Below are positions 42,839 to 47,209 of a stretch of DNA of 47,209 nt, piece by piece. The position numbers were made by a program, and so were the translations under genes. Each line of letters opens with the position of its first letter. Within the stretch, counting starts at the first letter, position 1. The stretch comes from Actinomycetota bacterium. Lineage in GTDB: Bacteria; Actinomycetota; Actinomycetes; S36-B12. The notes beneath the pieces were generated by a model. That model saw only the letters and a program-made list of their open reading frames with translations. It was not told the DNA's origin and did not search any database. The DNA lies in contig JAUSQD010000098.1 in assembly GCA_030652695.1 (NCBI GenBank), forward strand, positions 1 to 47,209, given 5' to 3'.

Positions 42839-44783
42839 CGTCTATGGCGCTTTCAAACTGGCTGGCATACAAGGCGTGATAGGCGCCACCGGCCTCCATC
42901 AGCTCTTCATGGCTGCCTTGCTCGACGATCCTCCCGCGATCCAGAACCAAGATGGTGTCAGCATCGCGAATCGTCGAGAGTCGATGGGCAATCACGAATG
43001 CTGTCTTGCCATGGCGAAGACGTGCCATCGCTTCCTGGACCAGGACCTCCGTGCGAGTATCAACTGCACTGGTCGCCTCATCAAGGATCAGGATTGCCGG
43101 GTCAGCCAAGAAGGCCCGGGCAATGGTCAGCAACTGACGCTCACCGGCCGAAACATTGGATGACTCACCATCAAGCCTGGTCTCATAACCCAAAGGCAGG
43201 GTTCGCACGAGGCGATCCACGTAGGCGGCTTTGGCCGCTTCCTCAATCTCAGCATTGGTAGCACCGAGAGAACCGTATGCAATGTTCTCGCGGATCGTGC
43301 CCGTGAAGAGCCAGGCATCTTGCAGCACCATGCCGAAAGTGCTGCGCAGTTCATCGCGGGTCAGTTCTCGGATGTCCACTCCATCCAGAAGTATTCGTCC
43401 GCTCCTGAGTTCATAGAAGCGCATGAGCAGATTGACCAGAGTCGTCTTTCCTGCACCTGTGTGTCCGACGATGGCCACTACCTCCCCGGGATCAACATGG
43501 AGGTCGAGACCTTCAATCAGCGGGATGTCATTGCTGTAGCGGAATGACACGTCCTGGAAGTCCACTCGCCCGCGCGGGACGGCAATGGTTGAGGGAGTGC
43601 TGCTGTCGGGGATCTCCTCTTCCTCATCAAGCACCTGAAATACCCGCTCGGCAGAGGCAAGCCCCGATTGCAGGAGATTGATGATGCCCGCAAGTTGAGT
43701 GATCGGCATGGTGAACTGGCGTGAGTACTGGATGAATGCCTGCACATCGCCAAGGGAGATTGCGCCAGTGGAGACACGCAGACCGCCAATGACAGCGATC
43801 AGCACGTAGTTGAGGTTGGAGATCATCAACATTGCAGGTTGTGCGATGCCCGAGAGAAATTGAGCCTTGAAGCTGGCTTCGTACATTCGCTCATTGGCAT
43901 CATTGAATTCGGCAATCGCCTGCGAGCGATGTCCGTAGACCTTGACCAATTCATGGCCGCTGTACATCTCCTCGACATGACCATTGAGCTTCCCAGTCCA
44001 TCGCCATTGCTGAGAGAAGTGTGGCTGCGCCTTGCGAGCTACAGCAATCGTGACGAAGAATGAAAGCGGAACGGTCAACAGCGAAATCAGCGCCAGGATT
44101 GGACTGATCCACACCATCATGGCGAGAACTCCGATGACCGTGAGCAGCGAAGTGATCGTCTGAGTCAGAGCCTGCTGCAGAGTCATGGAAACGTTGTCGA
44201 TGTCGTTCGTCACTCGACTGAGCAGATCGCCTCTGGAGTGCCGGTCGTAGTAGCTGAGGGGAAGGCGTGCCAATTTGGCGTCCACCTCTTCACGAAGGCG
44301 GTACATCGTGCGTTGTGTGACGCCAGCCATCAGATAAGCCTGCATCCACATGAACGCAGAACTCAGCAGATAGACGATGGTGACGAGAGCAAGGATCCGC
44401 CCGAGCTGCGTGAAATCCACGCCGACACCCGGACTCACCGGCATCGACGAAATCAGGCCGGCCTGGCCAGTGTCACCGGCGGCATTCAGTGCAGCGACTG
44501 CCTGATCCTTGGTGAGCCCTGCAGGAATCTGATTGCCCAGGAATCCTGTGAAGACAACGTTCGTAGCCTGACCAAGCAGCATTGGTCCGAGCACAGCGAA
44601 GAACACACTGATCGAGCCGAGGACAAAAACCGTGGTGATCTGCCAGCGCTCAGGCACCAGGCGCGATGCGAGTCGCCTCAAAGCCGGCGCGAAAGCCTTC
44701 GGCTTCTCGGGTGCCATGGCCCCTGGCCCCGGAGGTCCTCCCGGACGCCGCATCATTGGGCCGCCTGGCCCACCACCGCTCAT
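42828..44783 (-). CDS. ABC exporter half-transporter (TMD-NBD), consensus Walker B with a degenerate signature
   Basis: Gly/Pro-rich N-terminus and 6 TM segments. Walker A GHTGAGKTT, Walker B ILILDEATSAVD, and signature VSAGERQ instead of LSGGQ. Confidence 0.88.
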   Translation of the reverse strand: MSGGGPGGPMMRRPGGPPGPGAMAPEKPKAFAPALRRLASRLVPERWQITTVFVLGSISVFFAVLGPMLLGQATNVVFTGFLGNQIPAGLTKDQAVAALNAAGDTGQAGLISSMPVSPGVGVDFTQLGRILALVTIVYLLSSAFMWMQAYLMAGVTQRTMYRLREEVDAKLARLPLSYYDRHSRGDLLSRVTNDIDNVSMTLQQALTQTITSLLTVIGVLAMMVWISPILALISLLTVPLSFFVTIAVARKAQPHFSQQWRWTGKLNGHVEEMYSGHELVKVYGHRSQAIAEFNDANERMYEASFKAQFLSGIAQPAMLMISNLNYVLIAVIGGLRVSTGAISLGDVQAFIQYSRQFTMPITQLAGIINLLQSGLASAERVFQVLDEEEEIPDSSTPSTIAVPRGRVDFQDVSFRYSNDIPLIEGLDLHVDPGEVVAIVGHTGAGKTTLVNLLMRFYELRSGRILLDGVDIRELTRDELRSTFGMVLQDAWLFTGTIRENIAYGSLGATNAEIEEAAKAAYVDRLVRTLPLGYETRLDGESSNVSAGERQLLTIARAFLADPAILILDEATSAVDTRTEVLVQEAMARLRHGKTAFVIAHRLSTIRDADTILVLDRGRIVEQGSHEELMEAGGAYHALYASQFESAIDDVA

Positions 44784-46510
44784 GCCGCCTCCGTCGCGGT
44801 GAGCTGCGAGAACACAATCTCGCGATAGGTCTCGCAGGTCTCAAGCAGCTCCTGATGGGAGCCAATGCCTTCGATGCGGCCACCATCGAACACAACGATC
44901 TGTTCTGCTGTCATCACCGTGCTCACTCGTTGCGCAACGATGATCACAGTGGCATTGGTCGTCTGCTCTCGCAGAGCACTGCGCAACCGAGCATCTGTGG
45001 TGAAGTCCAAAGCGGAGAAGGAGTCATCAAAGATGTAGATCAGTGGCTTTCGAATCAGCGCCCGAGCAATGGCTATTCGCTGACGCTGCCCTCCCGAGAG
45101 ATTGGCGCCACCCTGATCAATCCGGGCCGCAAGCCCCTCTGGCATTTCACGCACGAAGTCCGCTGCCTGGGCAGTCGCCAGCGCAGCCCACATCTCATCC
45201 TCGGTCGCCTCTGGCTTGCCGAAGCGCAGATTGCTGGCAATGGTCCCGCGGAACAGGAAGGCCTTCTGCGGCACCGCACCGAATGCTGCCCACAGGGATT
45301 CGAACGGGAGCTCCCGGACATCCACACCATCAATGAGCACCTGCCCGCCGGATACGTCGTAGAGGCGTGACATCAGGTTGACCGCAGTCGTCTTGCCCAC
45401 TCCAGTGCTGCCAACAATGGCCGTGACCTGCCCCGGACTGCACGTGAAGTTCACGCCCTGCAGCACAGGCTGCTCCGCACCCGGGTAGAGAAAATCGACA
45501 TCGCGAAACTCAACCACGCCGGCTGTTGGCAGCACTTCAGACGGATGCTCTGGTTCACGGATTGCGGGCTCGGTGTCCAGTACCTCTTGAATTCGCTCAG
45601 CGGAGGCAGCCGCGCGCGGAATCATCACCACGATCATCACCGCCATCATCACCGAAGTCAGTATCTGGGTGACGTAGGCGATGAAGGCGGTGAGATTGCC
45701 AATCTGCAGGGAGCCGTCGTTGACCAGCATGCCGCCAAACCACAGCACTGCGACGATTGCGAGATTCAAGATCAGGGAGAGCGATGGCATCATCAGGGCG
45801 AACAAGCGCTGCACGCGAAGAGAGGTGGCAGTCAGTGCGTCATTGGCCTCCGCGAATCGCTCGCGCTCATAGCCATTTCGCACGAAGGCGCGGATGACGC
45901 GAATCCCAGACAGCTTTTCGCGGAGCACGAGGTTGATGCGGTCAATTCGGTCCTGCATGACCTGAAACTGCGGCACAGCGCGAAACACGATCAGTCCGAT
46001 GACCAACAGCAGCAGAGGCACGACCACCAGTAGGAGCGCCGAGAGTCGCAAATCCTCATGCATGGCCATGAAGATGCCGCCGACTGCAACGATCGGTGCC
46101 GAGATCATCGTCGTCAATGCCATGACGACCAGCATCTGGATCTGCTGCACATCGTTGGTATTGCGCGTGATCAGTGAAGGCGCAGTGAACTCATTCACTT
46201 CTCGCAGTGCGAATCCCTGAACTCGCTCGAACAGCGAGAGGCGAACGTCGCGACCAAATCTCATTGCCGTGCGCGCGCTGTAGTAGACGGCAATGACTCC
46301 AGCGACAGTGAACACTGCTGTCACTATCAACATGAAAGCTCCGGTGCGGAGGATGAAGTCGGTATCACCCTTGAGTACGCCTTCATTGATGATCGAGGCG
46401 TTCAGGTTCGGCAGATACAACTGACCCAAAGCCTGGACGGTCAGCAGCAACACGATGATCACGAGAGTTTGCCGGTATGGATGAAGAAATTGGCGAAGCA
46501 GGCGAATCAT
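44780..46510 (-). CDS. ABC exporter half-transporter (TMD-NBD), degenerate Walker B with a consensus signature
   Basis: The start is taken at MIRLLRQFLHPY (46510; alternative 46522). Walker A GSTGVGKTT and signature LSGGQRQR. Walker B is LIYIFDDSFSALD, with Asp replacing the catalytic Glu. The 94-codon upstream extension in the track is not protein-like. Confidence 0.88.
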   Translation of the reverse strand: MIRLLRQFLHPYRQTLVIIVLLLTVQALGQLYLPNLNASIINEGVLKGDTDFILRTGAFMLIVTAVFTVAGVIAVYYSARTAMRFGRDVRLSLFERVQGFALREVNEFTAPSLITRNTNDVQQIQMLVVMALTTMISAPIVAVGGIFMAMHEDLRLSALLLVVVPLLLLVIGLIVFRAVPQFQVMQDRIDRINLVLREKLSGIRVIRAFVRNGYERERFAEANDALTATSLRVQRLFALMMPSLSLILNLAIVAVLWFGGMLVNDGSLQIGNLTAFIAYVTQILTSVMMAVMIVVMIPRAAASAERIQEVLDTEPAIREPEHPSEVLPTAGVVEFRDVDFLYPGAEQPVLQGVNFTCSPGQVTAIVGSTGVGKTTAVNLMSRLYDVSGGQVLIDGVDVRELPFESLWAAFGAVPQKAFLFRGTIASNLRFGKPEATEDEMWAALATAQAADFVREMPEGLAARIDQGGANLSGGQRQRIAIARALIRKPLIYIFDDSFSALDFTTDARLRSALREQTTNATVIIVAQRVSTVMTAEQIVVFDGGRIEGIGSHQELLETCETYREIVFSQLTATEAA

Positions 46511-46760
46511 CAATGGGCACATCCATCCAAGGCTCAGAATATGGATCGATGGTAATCCTCGGGCTGAAGGCCAGCCTTGCGTTACGCCAGCAACGAACAG
46601 TGCCGATACTCGACGACACGAACACCCACACGAAACAACGCATGCCTTATCAAAGGCTGACTGGAAAACCCCTTGGGAATGAAGTACGTCAGCAACTAGT
46701 GTTCGCTTCATCGGACACGGAGATCTTCGAGTTGCCTTGTCCCCTGAACAAGGAGGAACT

Positions 46761-47174
46761 ATGGCCGTTGGCCCAGTAGATGTGTACGTCATCGGATTTC
46801 CCGGGAATCAGTTCACCGGACGGATTGCTCCGGCCATCCTGGATCTCGTTGCCAGCAACACCATTCGCATTTTGGACATGCTGTTCGTCATCAAGGATGC
46901 TAACGGCGTCGTGTCATCAATCGAGATGGCTGATCTGAATGCAGAGACCGGTCCAGCATTCATGGAGATTCAGATCGCCCAACCAGGCGCCCTGGATCAG
47001 ACAGACGCCGAAGAGATCAGCGATGATCTGCCTATCAACAGTTCAGCACTGCTTGTGGCATTCGAGAACCGCTGGGCAGCGAAGCTCGTACAGGCGATGC
47101 AAGCAGCGGATGCCATCGAGATCGATCACGTCCGCATTCCTGTCCACGTAGTCGAAGCCGTCATCACCGTGTAA
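46761..47174 (+). CDS. DUF6325-like small actinobacterial protein
   Basis: MAVGPVDVYVIGFPGNQFTGRIAPAILDLVASNTIRILDMLFVIKDANG matches the family pattern as I recall it. SD AAGGAGGA lies 4-11 nt upstream of ATG 46761. Confidence 0.6.
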   Translation: MAVGPVDVYVIGFPGNQFTGRIAPAILDLVASNTIRILDMLFVIKDANGVVSSIEMADLNAETGPAFMEIQIAQPGALDQTDAEEISDDLPINSSALLVAFENRWAAKLVQAMQAADAIEIDHVRIPVHVVEAVITV

Positions 47175-47209
47175 ACAATTCAAACCTGAAAGGCACAGAC
47201 AAGGGACTT

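Noticed and set aside
1-47209. Search for tRNA/rRNA genes, CRISPR arrays, IS elements, integrases, toxin-antitoxin pairs or recognisable defence systems
   Set aside because: I found no cloverleaf-like sequences in the few intergenic gaps, no regularly spaced repeats of 25-40 nt, and no transposase, integrase or nuclease-helicase defence-type ORFs. Essentially all long ORFs are accounted for by metabolic, transport or envelope functions.

Overview
This is a 47.2 kb gene-dense actinobacterial-type chromosomal segment: overlapping start/stop codons, DUF5302 and DUF6325 genes, and lipoprotein substrate-binding proteins. I recognised no tRNA, rRNA, CRISPR array, transposase or integrase. All family assignments come from motif recognition by eye; no database search was possible.

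The window has two compositional parts. Positions 1 to about 3.8 kb are very GC-rich (about 70-80% by eye). They carry an arsenic cassette: an ArsO-like flavoprotein, an ArsR-GNAT(ArsN-like) fusion, arsR, acr3 and arsC. Inside the 3' end of arsC the composition drops to the upper 50s % and stays there for the rest of the window.

The moderate-GC part, in order, contains:
- a second ars module (arsI C-As lyase and a third arsR);
- a phosphate-uptake cluster in the unusual order pstC-pstA-pstB-pstS plus a long PstS-like lipoprotein;
- PHO-box-like 11-nt phased repeats shared with a divergent four-gene membrane/DsbA/phosphatase operon;
- a TPP riboswitch with a thiamine ABC importer;
- xthA, a secreted transglycosylase-like protein, and an MFS-TetR pair;
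- an acyl-CoA catabolic cluster: a tandem ACAD pair, three crotonases, a VOC protein, TesB and an aldehyde dehydrogenase;
- secreted FN3 and Vgb-like beta-propeller proteins;
- ald, gpx, and a glutaminase-STAS fusion;
- an Anbu-type proteasome homologue lacking its usual operon partners;
- a heterodimeric ABC exporter operon with a secreted hydrolase and a GNAT.

The most notable observations are the chimeric arsC junction, the ArsR-ArsN fusion with vicinal cysteine pairs, ATCGAT-core operators at 26-bp phasing in both ars modules, the Pho-linked divergent operon, and the orphan Anbu.
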